NCBI GenBank assembly: GCA_965216755.1
Contig: CBDCGL010000011.1
Coordinates: 3,317,536 to 3,381,535, forward strand
Direction of reading: 5' to 3'
DNA: 64,000 nucleotides
DNA from: Alphaproteobacteria bacterium
GTDB taxonomy: Bacteria > Pseudomonadota > Alphaproteobacteria > UBA7887
Below are positions 1-11,015 of the stretch, one piece after another. A program made the translations under genes and the position numbers. Position 1 is the first letter of the stretch. Each line of letters begins with the position of its first letter. Under the pieces are notes generated by a model, which had not been told where the DNA came from, searched no databases, and worked only from the letters and a program-made list of their open reading frames with translations.

Positions 1-3000
1 CCACGACGAACATCTTGCGGCGGTCCTGGAACGGCGCTATGGCGACGCATTTCCGGCCGGTTATCGGGAACGATTTGGCGTCCGCCACGCGGTCTTCGAC
101 ACCGAACGCGTCGAAGCCGCGATCGCCGCCGACAAGCCTGAGCTGAACTTGTATCGGCCGCCCGAGTCGCCGGACAATGAAGCCCGTTTCAAGATCTATC
201 AGCCAAACATCGCTTTGCCGCTGTCAGACGTGCTGCCGGTGCTGGAGAATATGGGGCTCAAGGTCATCAACGAGTTCCCCTATCGCCTCGCGCCGAGCGA
301 CGGCACGGCCGAAGTTTGGATCCACGACTTCGGTGTCAAGGATCGCTCGGACACGACCATAGATATCGCCGCGGTTAAGGCCGCGTTCCAGGACGCGTTC
401 GGCCAGGTATGGCATGGCCGGGTGGAGAATGACGGCTTTAACCGTTTGATCGTCCGCGCCGGTTTGTCGTGGCGCCAGATCGTGATCCTGCGCGCCTACT
501 GCAAATATTTGCGCCAGGCGAAGATCCCATTCAGCCAAGACTACATGGAGCAGACGCTGACATCGCAACCGCGTGTGGCGCGTTTGTTGGTCGAATTCTT
601 TGATTGCCGATTCAACCCGAAGACGGGATCGGAAGAGCGTGCCGGCGCGATCGAGACGGAGATCATCGCGGCGCTCGACGACATCAGCAACCTGGATGAC
701 GACCGCATCATCCGACGATACCTCAACATCATCAAGGCGACGCTGCGCACCAACTACTACCAGAGTGATGCCGATGGCACGCCGAAACCCTACCTGTCGT
801 TCAAAATCGACAGTGCGGCGGTCACCGATTTGCCGCTGCCGCGGCCCATGGCCGAGATATGGGTTTACGCGGTTGGCACCGAGGGCGTGCATTTGCGTGG
901 CGGCCCGGTGGCGCGCGGTGGCTTGCGCTGGTCCGATCGCCCGGAAGATTTCAGGACCGAAGTTCTCGGTTTGATGAAAGCGCAGATGGTCAAGAATTCG
1001 GTGATCGTGCCGGTGGGCGCCAAGGGCGGCTTTGTCGTCAAGCGGCCGCCCGTGGGCGCCGATCGCGAGACGTTGATGGCCGAGGTCGTGTCGTGCTACC
1101 GGACTTTCATTAGTGGGCTATTGGATATCACCGACAATCTGGTCGAAGGCCAGGTTGTGCCGCCGCAAGACCTGTTGCGCTATGACGGCGACGACCCGTA
1201 TTTGGTGGTCGCCGCGGACAAGGGCACAGCAACCTTTTCCGATATCGCCAATGAAACAGCATTGGCGTATGGCTTTTGGCTCGGCGATGCGTTCGCCAGC
1301 GGCGGCTCCGCGGGTTATGACCACAAGAAGATGGGCATCACGGCGCGCGGCGCTTGGGAATCGGTCAAACGCCATTTCCGGGAGTTCGGTCACGATACGC
1401 AGAACGCGCCTTTCACGGTGATCGGCGTCGGTGATATGTCGGGCGACGTGTTCGGCAATGGCATGTTGCTTTCGCCGCACATCAAATTACAGGCTGCGTT
1501 CAACCATCTTCACATATTTGTCGACCCTGATCCCGAACCGGCTGGGAGTTTTGCCGAGCGCAAACGGTTGTTCGAACTGACGCGTTCGTCGTGGAGTGAC
1601 TACGATACCGCACTCATTTCGACGGGTGGCGGTGTATTCGACCGCAAGGCGAAGGCGATATCCCTGAGCGCAGAAATGCAAAAGCTGGTTGGCGCCACGA
1701 AAGAGTCGATGACACCAAACGAGTTCATTTCCGCTTTGCTCAGGGCGCCGGTGGATCTGTTGTGGAACGGCGGCATCGGCACCTATGTCAAGGCGCACGA
1801 CGAAAGCGATGCACAGGTTGGCGACCGCGCCAATGATGCGTTGCGCGTCGACGCGCGTGACCTGCGCTGTCGTGTCATTGGCGAAGGCGGCAATTTGGGG
1901 CTGACCCAACGCGCCCGAATCGAAGCAGCCAGCCGGGGCGTCAAGGTCAATACCGATGCGATCGACAATTCGGCCGGTGTCGATTGCTCCGACCATGAAG
2001 TCAACATCAAGATCTTGCTGGGTGAAATTGTCACCGCCGGCGATATGACCATGAAGCAGCGCGACCAACTGTTGGTCGATATGACCGATGACGTGGCGGC
2101 TTCTTGTTTGCGCGACAATTATTTGCAAAGCCAAGGTATATCGGTGATTGAAAGCCAAGGCGCGGAACGGTTGGCTTATCAGGCGCGCCTGATGCAATCG
2201 ATGGAACGTGCGGGGTTACTTGATCGCGCGATCGAGTTCCTGCCCGACTCGGAAGAAATCGAAGAACGTCGGGTGGCCAAACGCGGATTGACCCGTCCGG
2301 AGATCTCGGTGTTGTTCGCCTATGTCAAGAACGCGTTGTACGATGAGTTGCTGGCCTCGGATTTGCCGGACGATGCGTATTTGGAAGGCGATTTGATCGA
2401 TTATTTCCCCAAGGCGTTGCGCAAGAAATACGCGCGCCGGATCAAGAGCCATCGCTTGCGGCGCGAGATCATTGCGACCCACGTTGCCAATAGCTTGATC
2501 AACCGGTCGAGCATGGTGTTCCCGCTGATGGCCGCCGAGCAAACCGGGCAAGCGGCGGCCAACGTGGCGCGCGCTTATGTGGTGACCCGCGAGGCGTTCG
2601 ACCTGCGACGGTTCTGGGCCGACATCGACGGCCTGGACAATCATGTGCCCGCCGATGTGCAAACGCGCATGATCTTTGCCTTCCGCCGGTTGATGGAGCA
2701 TGCTTGCCTGTGGTTCCTGCGCGAGCAACCACAGCCGATGGACAGCGCCGCCGTGATTGCGCGTTTCAAGCCGGGCATCAGCGAATTGTTGGGCATGCTC
2801 GACGATGTGCTGCCGTTGACGGCGCAACGCGATGTCGAATCGCGTGCAACGGCGCTCGGCGCCGAAGGGGTCCCGGACTCGCTGGCGCGCGTGGTCAGCG
2901 CTGTCAACGCACTCTATGGTGCCGTCGATATCGTCGAAGTGGCCAACGCCGCCAATCAAGACGTGCGGCAAACGGCGATGACATATTACGGTTTGGGGGA

Positions 3001-3301
3001 TCGCTTAGGCTACGACTGGTTGCGTGCCGGCGCGCGCGACCTGAAGACCGAAAGCCATTGGCAGCGGCAAGCGGCGAACGCTCTGATCGACGATATCTAT
3101 GCGCAACAACGGGCTTTGACCGCGCAAGTCATTGCCGACGGCGGCACCGGCGATGGTGCCATCGAAGCCTGGTTCGACGCCAAGCATGAGTCGGTCGAGG
3201 CGACCGAGCATCTGATGAGTGAAATGCGTTCCGCACGGTCGGTCGAACTTGCCATGCTGACCGTCGCCAGCGGCCGCATGCGCGCTTTGCTGTCGCGGTA
3301 A
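1..3301 (+). CDS. NAD-specific glutamate dehydrogenase, large (about 1600 aa) form; 5'-partial, the gene starts upstream of the window
   Basis: The frame is open from base 2 (HDEHLAAVLERRYGDAFPAGYRERF...) and continuous with the 1050-aa ORF 149..3301. Long-form NAD-GDH C-terminal domain pattern, including the GGLRWSDRPEDFRTEVLGLMKAQMVKNSVIVPVGAKGGF segment. Confidence 0.85.
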   Translation, partial: HDEHLAAVLERRYGDAFPAGYRERFGVRHAVFDTERVEAAIAADKPELNLYRPPESPDNEARFKIYQPNIALPLSDVLPVLENMGLKVINEFPYRLAPSDGTAEVWIHDFGVKDRSDTTIDIAAVKAAFQDAFGQVWHGRVENDGFNRLIVRAGLSWRQIVILRAYCKYLRQAKIPFSQDYMEQTLTSQPRVARLLVEFFDCRFNPKTGSEERAGAIETEIIAALDDISNLDDDRIIRRYLNIIKATLRTNYYQSDADGTPKPYLSFKIDSAAVTDLPLPRPMAEIWVYAVGTEGVHLRGGPVARGGLRWSDRPEDFRTEVLGLMKAQMVKNSVIVPVGAKGGFVVKRPPVGADRETLMAEVVSCYRTFISGLLDITDNLVEGQVVPPQDLLRYDGDDPYLVVAADKGTATFSDIANETALAYGFWLGDAFASGGSAGYDHKKMGITARGAWESVKRHFREFGHDTQNAPFTVIGVGDMSGDVFGNGMLLSPHIKLQAAFNHLHIFVDPDPEPAGSFAERKRLFELTRSSWSDYDTALISTGGGVFDRKAKAISLSAEMQKLVGATKESMTPNEFISALLRAPVDLLWNGGIGTYVKAHDESDAQVGDRANDALRVDARDLRCRVIGEGGNLGLTQRARIEAASRGVKVNTDAIDNSAGVDCSDHEVNIKILLGEIVTAGDMTMKQRDQLLVDMTDDVAASCLRDNYLQSQGISVIESQGAERLAYQARLMQSMERAGLLDRAIEFLPDSEEIEERRVAKRGLTRPEISVLFAYVKNALYDELLASDLPDDAYLEGDLIDYFPKALRKKYARRIKSHRLRREIIATHVANSLINRSSMVFPLMAAEQTGQAAANVARAYVVTREAFDLRRFWADIDGLDNHVPADVQTRMIFAFRRLMEHACLWFLREQPQPMDSAAVIARFKPGISELLGMLDDVLPLTAQRDVESRATALGAEGVPDSLARVVSAVNALYGAVDIVEVANAANQDVRQTAMTYYGLGDRLGYDWLRAGARDLKTESHWQRQAANALIDDIYAQQRALTAQVIADGGTGDGAIEAWFDAKHESVEATEHLMSEMRSARSVELAMLTVASGRMRALLSR

Positions 3302-3426
3302 ACATCCCTTCACCCCTGGCGGGCGCCGGTGGCGCGCGCCCTGCGCGGCAGAATTGATTCAATATTGTTGGTCACTGCTCTAAGGTCACCGGTCTGAGTA
3401 TTGCGCCTATTGAAAGGGGGCGGCGG

Positions 3427-4755
3427 ATGCGGCAGGGGCGTGAACGGGCGGCGCATCCGCCCATGGGCGCGGGTTGGCGGGGTGCCGCGGCATGGTGCCT
3501 GTTCGACTGGGCCAACTCGCCGTTCCCGACAGTGATCGTCACTTTCGTTTTTGGGGTCTATTTTCAGCGCGGCATCGTTGGCGACGAAGTGCGGGCGACC
3601 GCGCTTTGGGGCAACGCGCTGGCGGTGAGTGCATTCGTGGTTGCCGTGCTGGCGCCGTTTTTTGGCGCAGCCGCCGACGCCGCCGGCCGGCGCAAGCCTT
3701 GGCTGTTGGCATGCGCGATGGTCACCATTGTGGCGACTGCGGGCCTATGGACCGCGACGCCGGTTCCGGAATCGATTTGGCGCACGCTGATATTGGTGGC
3801 GGTGGCCAACATAGGTTTCGAACTCGGCATGGTGTTTTACAATGCCATGTTGCCGGATCTGGCGCCGGCCGACCGCGTCGGCCGATTGTCAGGCTGGGCT
3901 TGGGGCCTTGGATATTTCGGCGGTCTGGCTTGTTTGGTCGTGACGCTGTTTGGCCTGGTCCAAACCGATACGCCGCCATTTGGTCTCGACCCGGCAGAGG
4001 CCGAGCCAGTGCGCGCGGCTGCCATTTTGGTCGCGGTGTGGTTTGTAGTTTTCGGCTGGCCGATGTTTGCGTTTACGCCGGACCGACCCGACCAGGGTCT
4101 CGGTTTGTCCAAGGCGTTGGCGCAAGGGTGGCGGCGGCTTGGCACCGGCATCGCCTATCTGCGGCAAGCCCCCAACATGCTGCGGTTCTTGATCGCGCGC
4201 ATGATTTATATCGATGGCTTGAACACCCTGTTCGCCTTTGGCGGCATTTATGCGGCGGGCAGTTTCGGCATGGAAATGATCGAAGTGCTGCAATTCGGAA
4301 TCGCATTAAATATCGCGGCCGGGATCGGCGCCGTCGGCTTCGCCTGGGTCGACGATTGGATCGGTGCCAAGCGAACCATCGTCATTTCATTGTTGTGTTT
4401 GATTGGCCTGGGCGTGGCGATCTTGTCGGTGGAAAGCAAGGTGCTGTTTTGGGGTCTTGGTCTGGCGATCGGAATTTTCATGGGCCCTGTGCAGTCGGCG
4501 AGTCGCTCGCTGATGGCGCGACTGGCGCCGGAAGAGTTGTGCACCGAAATGTTCGGCGTGTTTGCCTTGACCGGCAAGGCGACCGCGTTTGTCGGGCCGT
4601 GGTTGGTTGGCGCGTTGACCGTGTTGGGCGACAGCCAACGCGTCGGCATGGCCAGCATCGTGGTGTTTTTCGCGGTCGGTTTGGTGTTGCTTTTGTCGGT
4701 GGTCGAACCGGATGCCGGCCAGCGCGCTAGTGTCGGAAGTGGCGAACGCCCGTGA
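3427..4755 (+). CDS. MFS transporter, UMF1 (Atg22-like) family
   Basis: 442-aa polytopic protein with the [23 protein letters not shown]-terminal signature of UMF1 MFS permeases. ATG at 3427 is preceded by a strong SD (gaaagggggcggcgg). Confidence 0.75.
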   Translation: MRQGRERAAHPPMGAGWRGAAAWCLFDWANSPFPTVIVTFVFGVYFQRGIVGDEVRATALWGNALAVSAFVVAVLAPFFGAAADAAGRRKPWLLACAMVTIVATAGLWTATPVPESIWRTLILVAVANIGFELGMVFYNAMLPDLAPADRVGRLSGWAWGLGYFGGLACLVVTLFGLVQTDTPPFGLDPAEAEPVRAAAILVAVWFVVFGWPMFAFTPDRPDQGLGLSKALAQGWRRLGTGIAYLRQAPNMLRFLIARMIYIDGLNTLFAFGGIYAAGSFGMEMIEVLQFGIALNIAAGIGAVGFAWVDDWIGAKRTIVISLLCLIGLGVAILSVESKVLFWGLGLAIGIFMGPVQSASRSLMARLAPEELCTEMFGVFALTGKATAFVGPWLVGALTVLGDSQRVGMASIVVFFAVGLVLLLSVVEPDAGQRASVGSGERP

Positions 4756-6307
4756 ACACCATGGCGATGTCGCGCGCGTCGGCGGCGGCAATCACCTCGT
4801 CGTCGCGCACCGATCCGCCGGGTTGAATGATCGCCGTGGCGCCGGCGTCGGCGGCGGCGATCAAGCCGTCGGCAAATGGGAAGAACGCATCTGAGGCGAC
4901 CACGGAATCGCGCGTGCGCGCGCCTGTTTCACCAGCCGCGCTGGCCGCGTCTGCTGCTTTCAGCGCGGCAATTCGGGTGGAATCGACGCGACTCATTTGG
5001 CCCGCGCCGATGCCGACGGTGGCGCCGTCGCGGGCAAACACGATGGCGTTTGACTTGACATGTTTGCAGACAGTGAAGGCGAAGCGCATGGTTTCGATTT
5101 CCGCGTCGGTTGGGGCGCGTTTGCTGACCACACGCAGGTCGTCATGTGCCAGCCGGTGATGATCGCCGTCTTGCACCAATAGGCCGCCGGCGACGGCCTT
5201 GACGACAGTTGCCACCGCCGGATCAGGCATCGAGCCGGTCAACAACAGACGCAGGTTCTTCTTTTCGGCGAACACGGCACGCGCGTTGTCGTCGGCCGCC
5301 GGCGCGATGACGACTTCGGTGAATATTCCGGTGATGGCGGCGGCGGTGGCGCCATCCAATGGGCGATTGACCGCGACGATACCCCCAAATGCACTGACCG
5401 GATCGCAGGCGTGGGCACGGGCGTAGGCATCGGCAAGCGTCGCACCGATGGCGACGCCGCACGGATTGGCGTGTTTGACGATCACCGTTGCCGGCTGTTC
5501 GAATTCGGCGGCCAGCGCAAATGCCGCGTCGGTATCGTTGATATTGTTGTAGCTCAGCTCTTTGCCTTGCACTTGTTCGGCCGTGGCGACACTCGGCTGG
5601 GCGCGGTCGGACACATAAAACGCGGCGCGTTGATGGGGGTTTTCGCCATAACGCAAGTCTTGTCGGCGGCTGCCGCCGAACGCCACATGGCGCGGAAACG
5701 GTTCGCCGACTTGGGCACTGAACCAGCCACTGACCGCCGCATCATAAGCGGCCGTGCGCGCGTAGGCGGCCGCCGCCAGGAGACGGCGCAAATCCGCGCT
5801 GATGGCACCGCCGCGGGCGGTGAGTTCGTCAAGCACCGTTTGATAGTCCGCCGGGTCGGTGACCACGGTCACGAAGGCATGGTTCTTTGCGGCCGCGCGG
5901 ATCAATGCCGGGCCGCCAATGTCGATATTCTCGATACACGCAGCGAAATCGCCACCACCTGCGACGGTGTTCTCGAACGGGTACAAATTGACGACCACCA
6001 AATCGATCGTCGGCACGTCATGTGCCAGCAAAGCATCTTGGTGCGACGCCATGTCGCGGCGCGCCAGGATGCCGCCATGGATGGATGGGTGCAGCGTCTT
6101 CACGCGCCCGTCGAGAATCTCCGGGAATCCGGTGACGCGCGCAACGTCTTGCACCGCAACTCCGGCTTCGGCCAATTGTCGCGCCGAACCGCCGGTTGAG
6201 ATCAATTCAATGCCACGATCGGCAAGCGCGCGTGCAAAAGGAACCAGATCGCGCTTGTCGGACACGGACAATAGCGCGCGCCGAATGATGGGGTCGGATG
6301 CCGTCAT
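4727..6307 (-). CDS. purH: bifunctional AICAR transformylase / IMP cyclohydrolase
   Basis: 526-aa protein; N-terminal MGS-like IMP cyclohydrolase domain ([29 protein letters not shown]) and C-terminal AICARFT domain. ATG at 6307. Confidence 0.93.
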   Translation of the reverse strand: MTASDPIIRRALLSVSDKRDLVPFARALADRGIELISTGGSARQLAEAGVAVQDVARVTGFPEILDGRVKTLHPSIHGGILARRDMASHQDALLAHDVPTIDLVVVNLYPFENTVAGGGDFAACIENIDIGGPALIRAAAKNHAFVTVVTDPADYQTVLDELTARGGAISADLRRLLAAAAYARTAAYDAAVSGWFSAQVGEPFPRHVAFGGSRRQDLRYGENPHQRAAFYVSDRAQPSVATAEQVQGKELSYNNINDTDAAFALAAEFEQPATVIVKHANPCGVAIGATLADAYARAHACDPVSAFGGIVAVNRPLDGATAAAITGIFTEVVIAPAADDNARAVFAEKKNLRLLLTGSMPDPAVATVVKAVAGGLLVQDGDHHRLAHDDLRVVSKRAPTDAEIETMRFAFTVCKHVKSNAIVFARDGATVGIGAGQMSRVDSTRIAALKAADAASAAGETGARTRDSVVASDAFFPFADGLIAAADAGATAIIQPGGSVRDDEVIAAADARDIAMVFTGVRHFRH

Positions 6308-6344
6308 AAGCCAAACGCCTTGGTCATTCGTGAAGGTGGCGACT

Positions 6345-8249
6345 TTATTGGACCGCCGAAACAGGTTCGTCGTCGCCGCGATGGTATTCCGGCACCAACA
6401 GGGTCAATAGACCTAAGGCGGCATCGACTCGCCGGTGACGGGCATGCGCTTCCAGTTCCTCCAACCGTCGCTCCAGGAGTTCGGCATCGGCGGCCCTTGG
6501 CGTCGCGAACCGGATCGACTCGTGCGGCGTCGGTTGTAGCGTCTCGCTCTCGTGAAAAAGTTGCTCATGCAATTTCTCGCCGGGCCGCAAACCGACATAG
6601 CTGATGCCGACGTCGACACCCGGACGTAGTCCGGCGAGGCGTATCATCTGGCGCGCCAGGTCATCAATCCGCAGCGGCGCGCCCATCTCCAACACAAAGA
6701 TGCCGCGGCCATGACCCGCACCGCCTAGGCCCATGGCCGTTGCTTGCAAGACCAGCTCAACCGCCTCACGTGTGGTCATGAAATAGCGCGTCATCTCGGG
6801 ATGGGTCACGGTCAAGGGCCCACCGGCGGCAAGTTGCTTTTGGAACAGTGGCACGACCGAGCCGGTCGAGCCCAAGACATTGCCGAAGCGCACCGTGACA
6901 AAACGCGTCTCGGTGTCGGCGACACCATCCAGGGCTTGGCAATAGCTTTCGGCGAGGCGCTTGGTCGCGCCCATGACGCTGCTGGGATTGACGGCCTTGT
7001 CGGTTGAGATCAGCAACATCGCCGCCACGCCGGCGGCGCGGCTGGCGGCGGCGACGTTGCGCGTGCCGATCACGTTGGTCAGCACGCTTTCGCAGATATT
7101 GGTTTCGGCGATCGGGACATGTTTGATCGCCGCGGCGTGCAAGACCAAATCCGGTGATTCCTGGGCAAACAATTGCCGCAAACGGCCAGAATCGCGGACA
7201 TCACCCAACACGGCACGGCGCGATAGACCGGCGGCGCGGGCCGCGATCTCTTGGTCGATCTGGTATAGGTTGAATTCGGCGTTATCGAGCAGAACCACGC
7301 GTTTGGGACCGTAGCCAACCACTTGACGGGTCAACTCGCCGCCGATCGTGCCGCCAGCGCCGGTTACCAAAATACAACGACCGCCGATGAGGCGCGCCAT
7401 GGCGTCACGGTCCAGGCGCACCTGCGGGCGGCCAAGCAAGTCTTCGATGGCCACTGGCTTGATCTCAAGTTTGGCGCCGCCTTCGGCGCGGAAATCGGTA
7501 AGCCGTGGCAGCCGCGCCAGGGTCATGCCATGGGCATCGGCGGTTTCCAGCAGGCGGCCCACCGTGGCGCCGTCGGCATGGGGGTCCGATATCAACAACC
7601 GGCGCGGAGGATGGCCTTTGCGCCTGAGCTTGCGCAGCTGATCGTCGAGCGTGTCGGGCGTGCCGAGCACCGGGACGCCGTGAATATGTCGCCCGGTGGC
7701 GCGGGGGTCGTCATCGACCAAACCAACCACCCGATAGCGTTGACCAGGCCGCTGCATTTCGCGCAAGAACAGTTCCGCCATGTCGCCGGCGCCGATTAGC
7801 ACCACCGGTACGCGCTGGTCAAAGGTCGGATCGGCAATACCGGTCAAATTGCCATCCTTGAGCAACCGGTAGGCAAGCCGCGGCCCGCCCAGCAGCAAAA
7901 CCAAAACCAGCCAATTGATCGCCAGGGTCGAGCGCGGCATGGCGTCCAGTCGGGTCAACAAAAACATGCCGAGCAGGAACACCAACATGATGATCGTCGC
8001 CGCCTTGGCGATGGCCATCAAGTCGTTGATCGAGGCATAGCGCCACACGCCGCGATACAGATGCATGCCCGAAAAGACGGCGCCGCTGACCACGGTGAAA
8101 ATCACCGTGCCTTCCCACAAAAAGCCCTGGGTTTGGTTCCAGAACTCGTCGCCCAGGCGAAGATAAAGCGACAGCACAAAGGATGCCGCGGCCATGACCA
8201 AATCATGAACCGCGGCCGCCCGCCGTCTGTCGAAACGAATGGCCATCAT
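6345..8249 (-). CDS. membrane-associated UDP-N-acetylglucosamine 4,6-dehydratase (WbpM/PglF/CapD family)
   Basis: N-terminal TM helices, then two Rossmann regions (VVGLVDDDP...; [13 protein letters not shown]) and the SDR dehydratase core. Likely start is the MMAIRF Met at 8249; the ORF-track extension to 8729 starts on TTG and is Arg/Pro-rich. Confidence 0.85.
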   Translation of the reverse strand: MMAIRFDRRRAAAVHDLVMAAASFVLSLYLRLGDEFWNQTQGFLWEGTVIFTVVSGAVFSGMHLYRGVWRYASINDLMAIAKAATIIMLVFLLGMFLLTRLDAMPRSTLAINWLVLVLLLGGPRLAYRLLKDGNLTGIADPTFDQRVPVVLIGAGDMAELFLREMQRPGQRYRVVGLVDDDPRATGRHIHGVPVLGTPDTLDDQLRKLRRKGHPPRRLLISDPHADGATVGRLLETADAHGMTLARLPRLTDFRAEGGAKLEIKPVAIEDLLGRPQVRLDRDAMARLIGGRCILVTGAGGTIGGELTRQVVGYGPKRVVLLDNAEFNLYQIDQEIAARAAGLSRRAVLGDVRDSGRLRQLFAQESPDLVLHAAAIKHVPIAETNICESVLTNVIGTRNVAAASRAAGVAAMLLISTDKAVNPSSVMGATKRLAESYCQALDGVADTETRFVTVRFGNVLGSTGSVVPLFQKQLAAGGPLTVTHPEMTRYFMTTREAVELVLQATAMGLGGAGHGRGIFVLEMGAPLRIDDLARQMIRLAGLRPGVDVGISYVGLRPGEKLHEQLFHESETLQPTPHESIRFATPRAADAELLERRLEELEAHARHRRVDAALGLLTLLVPEYHRGDDEPVSAVQ

Positions 8250-8308
8250 GTGTTGTCGGGCGTCTTTTCGTGTCGTGTCAATATCTGGTGCGTCACGGCG
8301 GGAATCAC

Positions 8309-9325
8309 TCAAGGTGTTGGCGCCCGTGCGGCGCGCTGAAGGTACCATAACAATCCGGCGACCAACACCGCGCTGATGCATCCAGCCGCAACCATGACCG
8401 GCAAGGTGCCATGGGCGGTCGCCGCGGCGGCGCAGCCGATCAGTCCAAGATTGACCCACGCCACGCGGCGGCTGACCGCGGCATGGCTGAGGCCACCTTG
8501 AACCGCGCGCTGATAGAAATGTTCGCGGTGGGCACGCCAGACTGCCTGACCGCGGTGGGCGCGCGCGCCGAGCGTGAGGGTCGCGTCGGCCCAATAGTAG
8601 GCCGGCACGATCAGCGCCGGCAGCCAGTGGCCGCGCGCCGCCAAGTCGAGCACGATCCAACCCAAAACAAAGCCAAGCGGAATGCTGCCGACATCGCCCA
8701 AAAAAATGCGCGCCGGATGCCAATTCCAATGGACGAAACCGATCGCGGCGGCGGCGACCAACAGATGGAACAGGATATGATCGGACGAGGCACCAGCGAG
8801 CGCCAGAACCACGGCCGCGCCCAGGGCCACGGATGTGGTTTCAACGGCGGCGAGACCGTCGATGCCGTCCATGAAATTGAACAGATTTAGAAACCAAACC
8901 CACAATACGCCCGCCACAAGCGCATCGAGCGCCGCGGGCAACAGGCCTTGAAAAACCGGGCCAAGCGGCTGCAACCACAGCACAAGACCAATGATCACAA
9001 TGTGGCTGGCCAGGCGCAGCCAGGGCGGCAGCTCGCGCACGTCATCAAGCCATGACAGAATCGCCAGAATCGCCGCGCCAACCACCAAATAGGGGATCAT
9101 GGCCGGCGCGTGCCAGCCCAACGACAGACTCACCAGGGCACAGGCCAGAACCGCCATGACAACGGCCAGACCGGCTCCGCGCGGCGTTGGCCTGGTGTGA
9201 CTGGAGCGCGCGTTGGGATGGTCCAGCACCGCGCCGCGGATTAAAACGCGCGCCAAAAGTGCGGTGCCCGCCGCCGACAAGGCCGCGCACAACACGACAA
9301 TCGCGGTGAGGGCAAGGTCCGACAT
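8309..9325 (-). CDS. polyprenyl-phosphate N-acetylhexosamine-1-phosphate transferase (WecA/WbpL, MraY-like GT4 family); initiating glycosyltransferase
   Basis: About 338-aa polytopic protein with the NLFNFMDGIDGLAAVETT (NxxNxxDGxDGLA) motif. ATG at 9325 (MSDLALTAIVV...). Confidence 0.85.
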   Translation of the reverse strand: MSDLALTAIVVLCAALSAAGTALLARVLIRGAVLDHPNARSSHTRPTPRGAGLAVVMAVLACALVSLSLGWHAPAMIPYLVVGAAILAILSWLDDVRELPPWLRLASHIVIIGLVLWLQPLGPVFQGLLPAALDALVAGVLWVWFLNLFNFMDGIDGLAAVETTSVALGAAVVLALAGASSDHILFHLLVAAAAIGFVHWNWHPARIFLGDVGSIPLGFVLGWIVLDLAARGHWLPALIVPAYYWADATLTLGARAHRGQAVWRAHREHFYQRAVQGGLSHAAVSRRVAWVNLGLIGCAAAATAHGTLPVMVAAGCISAVLVAGLLWYLQRAARAPTP

Positions 9326-9332
9326 GTTGCGA

Positions 9333-10805
9333 CTACCCCTGCAAACGCGACGTGGTCGGTACGTCCGCTGTCGGGTCGGCGCGCCGCCCCGGCGCCGCCC
9401 ACGCCATGGCAAACAGCACAATCAGTGCCGGCTCGGCTGGATGACGGTATTTCGCCGATGCGATCGGCCCGTTGATCGCCAGCACATAGCCAATCCAGGC
9501 GACCAGAACGAACGCCGCTGCGCGAGCAAGGCGATCACCACGCAGCAATGTCCACAGGCCCCAAAGCTGAATGACACGGACGATGCCGACACCCAGCGCG
9601 CTGAGCAGCAATACCCATCCGTACAGTGGATTGTCATTGCGAAACAAAAACGCGAACACCTTCTCGCCTTTTGACGTGCCGGGCGTGTCATAGAAGCCGG
9701 TGCGTGGCAAACCGCGCACCGGTGGCGACAAGATAATTGCCGGAGCGCCGAGATTGATAGCGGCGCCAAACGCATAGGCCTTTGCGACCGCGCGCGCGCC
9801 ATAGTCGACCAGCGTGCGCAACGCGAGATCCGTTTTGGCACGACTCTCCCGCAACGGGTTGCGCGGCGCGTCCACCTGGTCCACCCGGGCGCGGGCTTCC
9901 AGCGTCGCATTCAGGGCGGCTGCGGAGACGTCATGGGGCGTGCCATCGATTGTTTCCCGCACCAAAGGCACGACCCAAAGCAGAAAGTGATCACCGCCCT
10001 GGCTGGATAGGCTGTAGCTGCCGAACATGTCGTGGTTGCGTTGCGCAATTGGGGTCACAGCAATTATCAGGGCGATGCCGATCGCGGCCAACGCGGGCCA
10101 AACGCGGCGACTGAATCGGCCCGCGATTATGACGGCTATCAGCATGACGATCGGCAAGGCGAGCGCCCACGGAAACGCCATCGCGCGCACCAATATCGCG
10201 CCGCCGATGGCGCCGCCCAAGGCCAAGGCGTGGTACAGGCGTGGCCGCGTCAGATAGCGCAGCGCGCACCACAACATCAACGCACAACAAAAGGTGAAAA
10301 GGGTTTCTGTCAGCAGCAGACCGCCAATAACGATCTGGGTCGGATTGAAGACCGCCGCCAGCCCGGCCACGAGTCCGGTGCGCGCCGACAGCAGCGCGGC
10401 GCTGCTGGCGATGATGACGCATGTCAAACTATCGATAATGCCTTGGCCAAGCACCGGCACAAGGTGGTTCGCGTCTCCAAATACCCGCATGAGGGCAACC
10501 AAGAACCAGAAATAGGCCGGCATGTAGCTGGTGTCGGGAAGGCTGGCGGTGCCCGCCATGATCGGATAAGCAGCCCCAGTTTCGCGCATCAACCGTGCGG
10601 CGGCGATATAAGCGCCCGAATCCTCGATCGACAAACCAGCATCACCCAGGCCGATGTAAAGGACCAAGCTATACGTCCATCGGACAGCCAGGGCACCGCA
10701 AAAAATCAACAACAAAGGATGTCGGGCCATCAGAGTCGCGGCCCATGGACTCACGCCGCGCGCGCATCTATTCGGTGTTGTTGGTTGTGAGGAAACGGAA
10801 GACAT
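9333..10805 (-). CDS. polytopic GT-C type membrane glycosyltransferase (ArnT/PMT GT39/83-like); start uncertain (10805 or 10730)
   Basis: More than 10 predicted TM helices, extracytoplasmic-loop acidic motif near the N-terminus, resembles ArnT/PMT-type lipid-linked-sugar transferases. An O-antigen polymerase/ligase cannot be excluded without an HMM search. Confidence 0.5.
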   Translation of the reverse strand: MSSVSSQPTTPNRCARGVSPWAATLMARHPLLLIFCGALAVRWTYSLVLYIGLGDAGLSIEDSGAYIAAARLMRETGAAYPIMAGTASLPDTSYMPAYFWFLVALMRVFGDANHLVPVLGQGIIDSLTCVIIASSAALLSARTGLVAGLAAVFNPTQIVIGGLLLTETLFTFCCALMLWCALRYLTRPRLYHALALGGAIGGAILVRAMAFPWALALPIVMLIAVIIAGRFSRRVWPALAAIGIALIIAVTPIAQRNHDMFGSYSLSSQGGDHFLLWVVPLVRETIDGTPHDVSAAALNATLEARARVDQVDAPRNPLRESRAKTDLALRTLVDYGARAVAKAYAFGAAINLGAPAIILSPPVRGLPRTGFYDTPGTSKGEKVFAFLFRNDNPLYGWVLLLSALGVGIVRVIQLWGLWTLLRGDRLARAAAFVLVAWIGYVLAINGPIASAKYRHPAEPALIVLFAMAWAAPGRRADPTADVPTTSRLQG

Positions 10806-11015
10806 GGGTTGGCTCTGATGTACCCGATCGCCAGCCATCCGAACAGGGGGGCCGCCACGTGGATTACATTGTGTCGGATGGCGCGTGCCGCGCGTGATTT
10901 ATGTTCTTCGTCATTTCCTGGTTACTCATGGCTCCGATTTATGCCTCTATGTCGATGCATAGAGTTTCTTCAGACATTTGACTGTTGCTATAGCCCCGCA
11001 TGACATTGCTTGCTG

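Noticed and set aside
3302-3426. GC-rich hairpin (GGGCGCC...GGCGCGCGCCC) after the gdh stop, considered as an intrinsic terminator
   Set aside because: Not followed by a T-tract. Only a weak possibility; not called.
3474-4730. 418-aa ORF overlapping the MFS transporter in another frame, and many similar long ORFs (for example 16038..16769 -, 49108..49956 -, 60854..61978 -, 25091..26794 -)
   Set aside because: Extremely Arg/Pro/Ala/Gly-rich, no motifs, and always antisense or out-of-frame to a gene with strong family signatures. Interpreted as GC-driven spurious ORFs.
4727-4755. 29-nt overlap of convergent MFS and purH 3' ends, considered as a sign of mis-annotation
   Set aside because: Both genes have intact family-typical C-termini. 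Short convergent overlaps are common in compact high-GC genomes.
6345-8729. 160-codon N-terminal extension of the WbpM/PglF-like dehydratase in the ORF track
   Set aside because: The extension begins on TTG, is Arg/Pro-rich and overlaps the WecA-like gene. The conserved family N-terminus begins at the MMAIRF Met (8249).
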